Positions 48,418-59,564 of a DNA stretch of 64,000 nucleotides are shown piece by piece. The DNA is taken from the NCBI RefSeq assembly GCF_022450045.1, contig NZ_JAKURD010000011.1. One strand, given 5' to 3'. The first letter of the stretch is position 1. Every line of letters starts with the position of its first letter. Under the pieces are notes generated by a model that searched no databases, had not been told where the DNA came from, and was given only the letters and a program-made list of their open reading frames with translations. The stretch comes from Gracilimonas sp. (GTDB taxonomy: Bacteria; Bacteroidota; Rhodothermia; Balneolales; Balneolaceae). A program made the position numbers and the translations under genes.

Positions 48418-49146
48418 ATGTTAAAAACCAAAAGAATTTGTTTGTGGAGTGGTCCGCGAAATATTTCAACGGCGCTGATGTACTCATTTGCGCAGCGCGA
48501 AGACACGACGGTAGTTGATGAACCGCTATATGCCCATTACCTGTCCAATACTGATGCCAGGAATTATCATCCCGGCGCGAAGGAAGTGTTGGAAAGTCAG
48601 GAGAATGACGGGCAGAAAGTAGTGGATGAGATCATACTCGGAGATTATGATACACCCATTGCGTTCTTCAAGAACATGACACACCATCTGGTGAATCTGG
48701 ATCTCAGCTTTATGGAGAAAACGGTGAATGTGATCCTGACAAGACCGCCCAAAGACATGCTGCCTTCTTATGCCAAACAGGTTAAGAATCCCACTATGCG
48801 GGATGTAGGCTATGCCAAGCACCTTGAGATCGTAAAGTATCTGAAGTCGATAGATAAAAAGCCGGTGATCGTGGATTCGAAAGATATCCTGCAATATCCG
48901 CAATCACGTTTAAGAGAATTATGCGGAACACTTGGCATTCCCTTTGATGAAGCTATGCTGAAATGGCCGGCAGGTCCCCGAAAAGAAGACGGAGTGTGGG
49001 CCAAGTATTGGTACCATAACGTACATCGGTCCACCGGATTCAGAGCGTATAAAGCTAAAACTGAGCCTTTTCCTGAAGAGTTGGAAGACCTGCTGGAAGA
49101 ATGCCAGGAAGCGTACGAGGAGCTGTTGACGTATGCCGGGGATTGA
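48418..49146 (+). CDS. Sulfotransferase-like (P-loop) domain protein
   Basis: ICLWSGPRNISTALMYSF, EEDG-like KEDGVWAKYWY and VHRSTGF motifs. Probable ATG at 48418. Confidence 0.75.
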   Translation: MLKTKRICLWSGPRNISTALMYSFAQREDTTVVDEPLYAHYLSNTDARNYHPGAKEVLESQENDGQKVVDEIILGDYDTPIAFFKNMTHHLVNLDLSFMEKTVNVILTRPPKDMLPSYAKQVKNPTMRDVGYAKHLEIVKYLKSIDKKPVIVDSKDILQYPQSRLRELCGTLGIPFDEAMLKWPAGPRKEDGVWAKYWYHNVHRSTGFRAYKAKTEPFPEELEDLLEECQEAYEELLTYAGD

Positions 49147-49281
49147 TCTTTGATCCATCACGGATAGCCTGTCTGATAGATTTATAGCTTAGGTTTGATA
49201 GTTCTGATTGAACGGTTACGCGGACTTTAAGTCGTCAGATCGCAAATATCTTATTACTAAAAATCTAAGATCTGAAAATTA

Positions 49282-50610
<1,329 letters not shown>

Positions 50611-50618
50611 TCAGATGA

Positions 50619-50960
50619 TCAGTCTTCATATGATTTGGCAGCTTCATCCACTGATTTGAAGTGTTTGAATACGGTGATCAATTTAGTGACGATCAGTAAG
50701 CTCTCGATTTTATCGGTTGCGTTGGCAATACGGAGATCTCCGCCGGCTTTGCGCATGGTGGTGAGCCCTCCGATAAGCATTCCAAGTCCTGAGGAGTTCA
50801 TGAATTTCACTTTGCCGAGATCAACCACAACATTGGTTTTACCGGCATCGATAAGTTCATGCAGTTTCTCATTCAGGCTAACCGCATCAGGGCCACCCAT
50901 CACGTTCCCTTTAAATTCGATAACAACGCTGTTGTAGCGTTCTGATGTATTAAAGCTCAT
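50619..50960 (-). CDS. STAS-domain anti-sigma factor antagonist
   Basis: VVVDLGKVKFMNSSGLGMLI with the phospho-serine motif. Confidence 0.9.
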   Translation of the reverse strand: MSFNTSERYNSVVIEFKGNVMGGPDAVSLNEKLHELIDAGKTNVVVDLGKVKFMNSSGLGMLIGGLTTMRKAGGDLRIANATDKIESLLIVTKLITVFKHFKSVDEAAKSYED

Positions 50961-50981
50961 AATAATTCTATTGGTTTAATT

Positions 50982-51893
50982 TTAAGATTTCTTGGTACGC
51001 TCTTCGAGTTCAACCACCAATGCACTAGCTACAAACAGTGAACTGTATGTACCCAAAATGATACCGATCAGGAGTGCAAAAGAAAATCCTTTCAACACCT
51101 CACCGCCGAAAATAAACAGCACAAGTACCACAAACAAGGTGGTAATGGAAGTAATTACTGTACGGCTTAAGGTATCATTCAAGCTTTTGTTTACCATTGG
51201 TATAAAATCCATTCCTTTATGCACATTCGAGTTTTCACGGATGCGGTCATATACAACCACGGTGTCATTCAATGAATAACCCACAATAGTCAGGAATGCG
51301 GCAATCAAAGCCTGATCAATCTGTAAGCTAAATGGTACAAGATCTGCAAGAATGGTGAAGATCCCGAGTACGATCACCACATCGTGAACGAGTGCTGCTA
51401 CCGCCCCGGCCGAAAAAGTCCAGTTTCGGAATCGAATCAGGATATAGATGAAGATAATTACAATGGCATAGATCACCGCTTGTAATGCACCCCATTTGAG
51501 GTCTTCTGCAAAACGAGGCCCGACTACATCAGTTTTAACCATATTTGCGGGGTTGTCAGGGTACAATTCTTCCATATTGGAAGTAATGATATCCTGAACA
51601 ATATTGATTTCGCTTTCATTATCGGTTCGGATGAGAACATCACTGTCCGATCCGTAAAGTTTTATTTCTGGTGCGGCACCGAGGGGCCCGGAAAGAGCAG
51701 AACGCATCTCAACAACATTTACCGGTTCCTGAAATTCCAGAACGAATTCTTTACCGCCTTTAAAGTCGATACCATATTGCAACCCTTGTGTGAGGATCGC
51801 TGTAAGTGACGCCAAAAAAAGAACCGTAGAAAAAATATAGGCTATCTTATGGCTGCCTGTGAAGTTAAAATTAGGTGTTTCAAACCATCTCAT
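50982..51893 (-). CDS. secF: Protein translocase subunit SecF
   Basis: GIDFKGG, VVGP, GYSLNDTVVVYDRIREN and TLSRT motifs. Confidence 0.96.
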   Translation of the reverse strand: MRWFETPNFNFTGSHKIAYIFSTVLFLASLTAILTQGLQYGIDFKGGKEFVLEFQEPVNVVEMRSALSGPLGAAPEIKLYGSDSDVLIRTDNESEINIVQDIITSNMEELYPDNPANMVKTDVVGPRFAEDLKWGALQAVIYAIVIIFIYILIRFRNWTFSAGAVAALVHDVVIVLGIFTILADLVPFSLQIDQALIAAFLTIVGYSLNDTVVVYDRIRENSNVHKGMDFIPMVNKSLNDTLSRTVITSITTLFVVLVLFIFGGEVLKGFSFALLIGIILGTYSSLFVASALVVELEERTKKS

Positions 51894-51932
51894 AATAATA
51901 ATCCTTTAGTCGTTTAAATTTCTTTTTGTTGA

Positions 51933-53738
51933 TCAACCGAAGCTTACAGTACTTTTCTTCGTTTTGGTCAGGTAATCCACCACAACGCGGGTAATTACAA
52001 TAGCACTGAAAAGTGATGCTACGATACCGGCCATAAGTGTCACCGCAAATCCTTTGATCGGACCAACTCCGAAACTGAAAAGGATAATAGCTACAAAGAA
52101 TGTGGTTACGTTCGCATCAACAATTGCGCTCATGGCGTTTGAATATCCTGCTTCAATAGATGCTTTGAGTGTTTTACCGGTGCGTTGCTCTTCCCGGATT
52201 CGGTCAAAGATCAGCACGTTTGCATCTACCGCCATACCAATGGTCAATACAATACCGGCAATACCCGGTAAAGTCAGGGTAGCTTTGAAAGCGGCCAGGA
52301 TACCTAATATAAAAATGATATTAAGCAGAAGCGCCAGATCGGCAATTGCACCACCGGTTCGGTAGTAGATGATCATAAAGATAGCTACAACCCCTAATCC
52401 GAAAAGAATGGAATTCAAACCTGCACGGATAGATTCAGCACCTAAGGTAGCTCCAACAGTTCGTTCTTCAAGAATTTCAAGGGGAGCCGGAAGGGCACCT
52501 GATAAAAGGATGTTCACCAGATCTTCTGCTTCATCAATACCATCTAAACCGGTAATGGATGAACGGCCGTTAGAGATCTTGGTTTGTACGTTAGGATATG
52601 AGAATACAAAACCATCCAGTACTATGGCTACCGGTTTCCCAATATTAGCTCCTGTAATTCGTCCCCACTTACGTGCACCTTCGCTGTTCATGCTCATGGA
52701 TACTTCAGGCACATTGGTGGCGGGATCAAACTGGACGCTTGCAGCTTCAATAACATCACCGGTCAGTTCAACTTGTGTTCTAACCCCGATGAGTTGGTAC
52801 AGATCCTCTCCGGCTTGTCCGGAAAGCGGGTTTGCACTCCACATTACGGTGGTATTTCTTGGCATCATACGCTGAATGTCTTCTGTTTTTAACAGATCCA
52901 TCACACGGGCGGTGTCTCTTGCTGTAGCATATCCCATCAAATAAGGGCTTTGAGCAGGAAGCAATACTTCTTCAAGTGGATTTGAAGTAATCTCCATAGA
53001 ATCAGCTTCTTCGCCCTGGTAGTTTGAATAATACTCATATACCTGATTTACAAATGACCGAAATGTTTCTGCGTCAGCAGCCAGCCGGAATTCGAGCCGG
53101 GCTGTTCCTTTCAAAAGGTTACGAACACGTTCTTTGTCTTCTACACCGGGCAGTTCAACCACAACCCGGTTATTGCCTTGCTTTACAATAGAAGGTTCGG
53201 TTACTCCGTAACGGTCAACACGGGTTCGGATAATTTCGATGGCGCGGTCTAAAGCAGATTGCCGCTGGGTTTTGAGAAAAGTTGCGATCTCCTCATTTGT
53301 AGAGCGACGAGTGATATCCATAGCATCGTTTCTGTAATACCGGCTTAATCGGGCATCAGGGTCACGAGATTCGAATTCTGCCACCATCTCATCAATAAAG
53401 TCAGTGTCTGATTCGATGGAACGCTCACGGGCAGTATTGATCACTTCCCGGAGAAGTTCATCTGCGTTGTCGCCGGCCAATTCCAACACTAATTGCGGAA
53501 TTCCAACTTCAAGTGTTACGTGCATCCCGCCCTGGAGGTCGAGCCCCAACGAGAGGATGTTATCGCGGAGGTATTGAAGCTTTTCGCGATTCTGTTCTTC
53601 ATACTGAGCCGCCTCATCGGGGCTGAGCTCTTCGATATAGTTCTGTTCCAGGTTCCACTGTAGTGTGGGCCACAGGTAATAAATGGTAAGGGCCAAAAAA
53701 GCCACGATCGTACCAATTTTAAATCCGTTTCCTTGCAT
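51933..53738 (-). CDS. secD: Protein translocase subunit SecD
   Basis: LGLDLQGG, RVDRYGVTEP, GALPAPL and GMAVDANVLIFDRIREE motifs. Confidence 0.96.
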   Translation of the reverse strand: MQGNGFKIGTIVAFLALTIYYLWPTLQWNLEQNYIEELSPDEAAQYEEQNREKLQYLRDNILSLGLDLQGGMHVTLEVGIPQLVLELAGDNADELLREVINTARERSIESDTDFIDEMVAEFESRDPDARLSRYYRNDAMDITRRSTNEEIATFLKTQRQSALDRAIEIIRTRVDRYGVTEPSIVKQGNNRVVVELPGVEDKERVRNLLKGTARLEFRLAADAETFRSFVNQVYEYYSNYQGEEADSMEITSNPLEEVLLPAQSPYLMGYATARDTARVMDLLKTEDIQRMMPRNTTVMWSANPLSGQAGEDLYQLIGVRTQVELTGDVIEAASVQFDPATNVPEVSMSMNSEGARKWGRITGANIGKPVAIVLDGFVFSYPNVQTKISNGRSSITGLDGIDEAEDLVNILLSGALPAPLEILEERTVGATLGAESIRAGLNSILFGLGVVAIFMIIYYRTGGAIADLALLLNIIFILGILAAFKATLTLPGIAGIVLTIGMAVDANVLIFDRIREEQRTGKTLKASIEAGYSNAMSAIVDANVTTFFVAIILFSFGVGPIKGFAVTLMAGIVASLFSAIVITRVVVDYLTKTKKSTVSFG

Positions 53739-53876
53739 GGTAATAATGGTTTAGTTTTGAAAAGTTTAAATAAACAGGTTTGGTTGTTGATAACAGTATA
53801 GGCCTTTTTATAGCTTAGCTACTGCTTCAACCTCCTTCTTTCGTTTAAAGTGAAGTTTAAAATAATGAGAGGGAGA

Positions 53877-54431
53877 CTAAGGGGCGTTAATGGCGGTTCC
53901 ACCCGACAGGGGAGAAATATAAAAACCGTGAGAAACTGCGAAAATCTGCTGTCCGGTAACACCGGCATCGGCAAATACCGCACTGTGTTGGGAGTTCAGT
54001 GATTTATGTCCAAAAGAAAACCCATCAACAGGAAGAACCGAGTTAGGTTGTGCCTGTTTAATGATTACGGCCTTACCCATTCCAGTAGATGAATTCTGAT
54101 AATTATTCCACTCCGTCAGCAGAAGCTGGAATACTTCATTCTCATCTTTTGTCTGAGTATCCACCGGGAGTTCAAAATCGTCCGCGTGTGCTTTTACAAG
54201 AGCAGAAGCCTGGCGAATTACAGATTCTAATTTTCCATCTGCATTGGAAAGTCCGCGAATTTGATCGGCAACATTTGTATTGGTGCTTGATTTGAGATTG
54301 GACTGCAGCCAGGCAGCAAAAGCATCATGCTCGGCATTATTGCTGGCCGGCTTCATAAAATAGAAGAGAAGGCCGGCAAGCAGGAAGCCTACATTAAACG
54401 AGCGGGCGATATGTGTCCGAAAGAATTTCAT
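53877..54431 (-). CDS. Leader ORF upstream of secDF; candidate export-monitoring arrest peptide
   Basis: 184 aa, N-terminal hydrophobic segment, ends SPLSGGTAINAP-TAG 138 nt before secD, co-oriented. Confidence 0.7.
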   Translation of the reverse strand: MKFFRTHIARSFNVGFLLAGLLFYFMKPASNNAEHDAFAAWLQSNLKSSTNTNVADQIRGLSNADGKLESVIRQASALVKAHADDFELPVDTQTKDENEVFQLLLTEWNNYQNSSTGMGKAVIIKQAQPNSVLPVDGFSFGHKSLNSQHSAVFADAGVTGQQIFAVSHGFYISPLSGGTAINAP

Positions 54432-54582
54432 TCAGACCCAAAATATAACCAACTCTCAATTCATTGTGAAAGGCTAAATCAGAAAAAACCAATAGCGTCC
54501 TAAACGTTTTTAAAATTGAAAAAAACCTGTGTTTTCGAAGATAAAACGGATTAGTTGACATATTTAAAATCATCCCCTTTTT

Positions 54583-54671
54583 TTCTCGCAGAGGCTCGCC
54601 GATTGACACGCTGAGTTTCGCAGATGATCTTTTATCAAAACGCATCGCTATTCAGCGCAACTCTGCGAGAA
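54583..54671. repeat. 89-bp inverted-repeat element
   Basis: TTCTCGCAGAG ... CTCTGCGAGAA 11-bp perfect terminal IR with inner CGCTGAG/TTCAGCG pairing. Confidence 0.55.
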
Positions 54672-54767
54672 TCCTCTTGAAGGATCGTTTTGCCAAAATG
54701 TATTTCAACATTTAGGACGCTATTGAGAAAAAACTATAGCTTCCAGAAGAGACAGGTCTCAGTCTGA

Positions 54768-57602
54768 TCAACTCATTACATTCAAACGCTCAAATTCTTC
54801 CTGAAGGAATTTGCCGGTATAAGATTTTTTGACTTCAGCAACTTCTTCAGGCGTGCCCGTTGCTATGATCTCACCGCCACCGGCTCCGCCCTCAGGCCCA
54901 AGGTCGATGATCCAGTCGGCAGCCTTGATAAGGTCAAGGTTATGCTCAATCACAATTACCGTGTTTCCTTTGTCAACCAGTCGCTGTATCACATCCACCA
55001 GCATCCGCACATCCTGAAAATGAAGTCCCGTGGTCGGCTCATCCATAACATATAAGGTGTCGCCGGTCCCCACTTTGGAGAGTTCACGGGCAAGCTTGAT
55101 GCGCTGTGCCTCACCGCCGGAAAGGGTAGTGGAAGATTGTCCCAAGGTCAGATATCCCAGGCCTACATCATTAAGGGTTCCCAGAATTCGGCTGATTGCA
55201 GGCTGGGCGTAAAAAAATTCGGCAGCATGGCTGACCGGCATTTTCAATACATCCGAGATATTTTTGCCTTTGTAATAGATTTCGAGTGTTTCACGATTAT
55301 AGCGCTTGCCATTACAGGTTTCGCAGGTCACATATACGTCGGGAAGGAAATTCATTTCGATTTTTCGAACGCCATCTCCCTGACAAGTTTCGCAACGTCC
55401 ACCCTTCACATTAAACGAAAAACGTCCCTGGTCGTAACCCCGAATTTTGGATTCAGGTAATTCCGCAAATAATCGCCGGATGTGATCAAATACTTTCGTG
55501 TAGGTACCGGGATTTGATCGTGGTGTTCGGCCTATAGGACTTTGATCGATGGAGATGATCTTGTCCACATTGTCAATGCCTTCGATGGAATCGTAGGGAA
55601 GAGGAACTGTTTTCGATTTATAAAAGTGATTGGAAAGAATCGGAACCAATGTTTGATTGATGAGCGAGCTTTTTCCGCTGCCACTTACTCCTGTTACCGA
55701 AATAAAACGCCCTAAAGGAATTTCAGCATCCTGGTTTTTGAGATTGTGTCCCCGCGTGTTCTTCAGCTTGATGGATTTCTTTTTTCCATTTCGCCTTTTA
55801 TTGGGGATCGCAACGACTTCTTCATCTGTAAGGAATTTGGCGGTATCGGATTCAGGGTCCAGTTCATCGGGCTTTCCGAAAGTTACAATATGCCCGCCAT
55901 TCACTCCGGCACCTGGGCCCATATCTACCACAAAATCGGCATGTTCTATGGTTTCGCGATCATGTTCTACCACAAGCACGGAGTTCCCAAGATCCCTCAA
56001 TGTTTCAAGCGATTTGATGAGCTTAATGTTATCTCGCTGATGAAGGCCGATGCTTGGTTCATCTAAAATATACAGCACACCCACCAGCTGTGTACCTATC
56101 TGAGTTGCCAGGCGAATACGCTGAGCTTCACCTCCACTCAATGTTTGAGCTTCCCGGTCAAGCGACAGATAAGTCAATCCTACGTTCAGCAGAAAATCGA
56201 GCCGATCCCGGATTTCTTTTAGTACCTGATTTCCGATAGTCTGTTGCCGCTCATTCAGGTTGATGCCATAAAGTGTATCCCGCAGATCCTGAATATCTTT
56301 TTGAACGAGATCGTGGATGTTGAATCCATCGATCTTATAGGAGAGCGCTTCTTTATTAAGTCGCCCGCCCTCACATTCCGGACAAGTTACTTTGTCCATA
56401 AAAGCTTTCGCTTTATCGCGTTGCTTATTGGACTTACTGTTGTGATACTGATCAATAATGGTATTTCTCAGTCCTTCAAACTTATGTTTATAGGTAACGG
56501 AGTTATCCTTGAAATCGTAGCTGACGGAGTATTTTTTATTACCGCTGCCATACATGATGATATCCAGTGCTTCTTCAGGGAAATCTTTGAGCGGAATTTC
56601 AAAATCCAGATCAAAAGAATCTAAAATAGCTTTTAGCTGCTTGAAGACGAAAATATCGCGCGGTGCTCCCAAAAACCGAATTCCGCCATCGGCTATACTT
56701 TGTTCTTTATTTGGAACGAGGAGATCCCAGCTCACATCATAAGTATATCCCAGGCCTTCACACTCTTTGCAATTTCCGTAGGGTGAGTTGAAGGAAAACA
56801 GATTTGGAGCCGGATCTTCATAGGCGATTCCGCTTTCAGGATCAAAAAGGTTTTGCGAATAGAGTTTGTCTGATATCTCATCGCCATCTTTTATGGCAAG
56901 GATCACGTTTCCGTCTGCCATTTCAAGAGCGAGACGGATACTTTCAGCAATTCGTTTTTCACTTTTTTGAGAGATCACAAACCGGTCGACCACAATTTCA
57001 ATATTGTGAGTCTTGTACCGATCCAGTTTCATGTCTTTTTCCAGATCATGAAACTCCCCGTCAATACGGGCACTTACAAATCCCTGCTTTATAGTTTGCT
57101 CAAACAGCTCTCGATAATGTCCTTTACGTCCGCGTACCACCGGCGCCAGACAATAGGCTTTAGTTCCTTGCGGCATGTCCATAACTGAAGCCACAACCTG
57201 ATCGGCTGATTGTTTCTCCATCTTATTTCCCGTTTTGTAGGAATAGGGAACACCGATACGGGCATACAACAGTCTAAGAAAATCATAGATCTCAGTAACG
57301 GTACCGACTGTAGAACGGGGATTCCGGTTGGTCGTTTTTTGATCAATGGAAATAACAGGGGAGAGTCCGTCGATAAAATCCACGGCGGGGCGCTCCATCA
57401 TTCCGAGAAACTGACGGGCATAAGCAGAGAGGGATTCCAAAAATCGGCGCTGGCCTTCAGCGTAGATGGTGTCAAAAGCCAGCGATGATTTTCCCGAACC
57501 GGAAAGTCCGGTTATGACTACGAGCTGATCGCGGGGAATGTCGATATCAATATTTTTGAGGTTGTGTTCGCGGGCGCCTCGTACTACAATGTTATGCTGC
57601 AA
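54768..57602 (-). CDS. uvrA: Excinuclease ABC subunit A
   Basis: GAREHNLKNI, two Walker A motifs (GLSGSGKSS, GVSGSGKSS), zinc-finger CxxC pairs and LSGGEAQRI. Confidence 0.97.
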   Translation of the reverse strand: MQHNIVVRGAREHNLKNIDIDIPRDQLVVITGLSGSGKSSLAFDTIYAEGQRRFLESLSAYARQFLGMMERPAVDFIDGLSPVISIDQKTTNRNPRSTVGTVTEIYDFLRLLYARIGVPYSYKTGNKMEKQSADQVVASVMDMPQGTKAYCLAPVVRGRKGHYRELFEQTIKQGFVSARIDGEFHDLEKDMKLDRYKTHNIEIVVDRFVISQKSEKRIAESIRLALEMADGNVILAIKDGDEISDKLYSQNLFDPESGIAYEDPAPNLFSFNSPYGNCKECEGLGYTYDVSWDLLVPNKEQSIADGGIRFLGAPRDIFVFKQLKAILDSFDLDFEIPLKDFPEEALDIIMYGSGNKKYSVSYDFKDNSVTYKHKFEGLRNTIIDQYHNSKSNKQRDKAKAFMDKVTCPECEGGRLNKEALSYKIDGFNIHDLVQKDIQDLRDTLYGINLNERQQTIGNQVLKEIRDRLDFLLNVGLTYLSLDREAQTLSGGEAQRIRLATQIGTQLVGVLYILDEPSIGLHQRDNIKLIKSLETLRDLGNSVLVVEHDRETIEHADFVVDMGPGAGVNGGHIVTFGKPDELDPESDTAKFLTDEEVVAIPNKRRNGKKKSIKLKNTRGHNLKNQDAEIPLGRFISVTGVSGSGKSSLINQTLVPILSNHFYKSKTVPLPYDSIEGIDNVDKIISIDQSPIGRTPRSNPGTYTKVFDHIRRLFAELPESKIRGYDQGRFSFNVKGGRCETCQGDGVRKIEMNFLPDVYVTCETCNGKRYNRETLEIYYKGKNISDVLKMPVSHAAEFFYAQPAISRILGTLNDVGLGYLTLGQSSTTLSGGEAQRIKLARELSKVGTGDTLYVMDEPTTGLHFQDVRMLVDVIQRLVDKGNTVIVIEHNLDLIKAADWIIDLGPEGGAGGGEIIATGTPEEVAEVKKSYTGKFLQEEFERLNVMS

Positions 57603-57758
57603 AGTCTCTTTGATTTTAGGATTTTAGAACTTCGAAAAATACAAAACAGCTGAGGGAAAAGCTTCATTCCTTTTTAGAAAAAGGTTCAAGGTAAGAGGTG
57701 TAAGGTTCAAGAGGAATTTGTTTGGATAGTTGAACCTTTTCCTAAAAATGAAATGAAA

Positions 57759-59543
57759 TTAGTTTGCTTTGATCCAGTTGGATCGATCGGGGTTAGAAGA
57801 ATTCCCGATTATGCTTGTTGAGAATCTCGGGTCTTCAATTAATTCAACATTGACTGTGTTCTGTTTGCCCCGGCGCGTAAAAGTAATCTCGATCTCATCT
57901 CCCGGCTTATGATCTGCCAGGATCTCATCTACATCATTGACTTGGCTTAATGATGTTCTTGCGATGGATAAGATCTTATCGGCTTCGGAAATACCGGCGT
58001 TATAGATCGGAGACCCTTTAATGGCATTAGACCTCAAAGTTCCGACCCCATTCTCAATACTGATGGCGGTTCCAAGGCTTGCTTTGCCGGGATTTTCTTT
58101 CCCAAAAGCTACCCCTACGCTTTCAAAGAGGTGTTCATAATCCGGCATTTGGCTGTCAAAAATATACTTGCTGAAAAATCCGGCAGCGAATTCTTCCCCG
58201 GCATAATCAGCGAGTGTGGCTTCAATATCACGATTTGTATATGCTACTTCAGTTTTTCCGAACTCCCTCCAAACTAATTTCATGAAATCGTCCAGGTTTT
58301 TGTTCCCGTTTAAATTTCGGAGGGAAAGGTCGAGTGCCAATCCCAAAACACTGCCGTAGGTATAATAGGAAATGAAGGTGTTTTCCCGATTAACCGGATC
58401 TACGGAGCGCGCGGCATCAACAAAGGGAGCCTGATAGCTCATTTCAACAGGACTAAAATATTGACGTCCGGGATGATTGAATACATAATTGAGTCCACCG
58501 GAAAGGCCATTTACATATTCAGCTTCCGTCCGAATTCCGGCTCTGGCAAGAATTAGATTTGTATAATAACTGGTGAAACCTTCAGCAAACCAAAGCTCAC
58601 CACTCATATTGGCTTCTTCAAAATCAAAAGGTTCGAGGCTGGCAGGCCGAATACGCTCGACGTTCCAAACATGAACGAATTCATGGGAAATAGTTCCAAT
58701 ACTGGTTTCGCCGAGGGGTTCATCCAGTGGTTTTGAGTTGGTGACGATTGTAGAATTACGGTGTTCCATCCCGTCACCGCTGGCGTTGGGCATAAAGCAA
58801 TTAAGGAATACATATTCATCATAGTCAAACTCGGGGAGTTCCCCGAAAATATCTTTTTGGACATTAACGATCGCCATCACTTTTCCGAAATACTCATCTA
58901 CTTCGGAGTCGGTTGCCGGAGTGTGCAGCGCCATTTTTATAAGCTGGCCATCAATGGATTCCTGACGTTCATGAAAATCAGCAATTTCTACAGGGCTGTC
59001 GAGGAAGTAATAAAGATCGCGGGCATAATAAGTAGTACCACTGAGAGGTTTTAACTGAGTCGCAATCTTCCAGTTTAGGTCTTCACGTATATCAAATGTG
59101 ATCTCGATGGGACGGTGTTCGTAATCACGAGCCCAGGCAAATGTTGCAGGCATATTGAGGTGGGCATGGGTTTCATCCACCTGAGAGTAGGTCCCATCCC
59201 CCCGGTTAGCAAAAAGGGTGTACTCAAAAATTACGGTTCCATTATGTCCGCTTACGTTCCACTGGCGTGGATCGGGTCGGGTAATTTCAAGCTCATTACC
59301 ATCGCCATCGGTAGCTTTCACCCCATATACATTCTTGGCAAATTCGTGAAGGGCATATCGGCCGGGTGAAGTACGGCTCATTCTTATCTCAAGTACTTTG
59401 TTCTCAAGATTTGTATAGGTAATAGAGACCTCTGCTTCGTGATGAACGGCATTCCCGAAAGAGACCTCGTATCTGGTAACAGTTTGAGCGAACAGTAGAA
59501 AAGAAGTTAAGGTGAAAACAATAGTAAGGAGTACTTTTTTCAT
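57759..59543 (-). CDS. M61 family metallopeptidase with C-terminal PDZ domain
   Basis: Signal peptide, GMEHRNS, HEFVH zinc motif and PDZ-like C-terminus. Confidence 0.9.
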   Translation of the reverse strand: MKKVLLTIVFTLTSFLLFAQTVTRYEVSFGNAVHHEAEVSITYTNLENKVLEIRMSRTSPGRYALHEFAKNVYGVKATDGDGNELEITRPDPRQWNVSGHNGTVIFEYTLFANRGDGTYSQVDETHAHLNMPATFAWARDYEHRPIEITFDIREDLNWKIATQLKPLSGTTYYARDLYYFLDSPVEIADFHERQESIDGQLIKMALHTPATDSEVDEYFGKVMAIVNVQKDIFGELPEFDYDEYVFLNCFMPNASGDGMEHRNSTIVTNSKPLDEPLGETSIGTISHEFVHVWNVERIRPASLEPFDFEEANMSGELWFAEGFTSYYTNLILARAGIRTEAEYVNGLSGGLNYVFNHPGRQYFSPVEMSYQAPFVDAARSVDPVNRENTFISYYTYGSVLGLALDLSLRNLNGNKNLDDFMKLVWREFGKTEVAYTNRDIEATLADYAGEEFAAGFFSKYIFDSQMPDYEHLFESVGVAFGKENPGKASLGTAISIENGVGTLRSNAIKGSPIYNAGISEADKILSIARTSLSQVNDVDEILADHKPGDEIEITFTRRGKQNTVNVELIEDPRFSTSIIGNSSNPDRSNWIKAN

Positions 59544-59564
59544 GGTAACGATCAGGATTAGTAT

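Noticed and set aside
57603-57758. SOS/LexA box upstream of uvrA
   Set aside because: No convincing palindrome matching a LexA consensus that I know.
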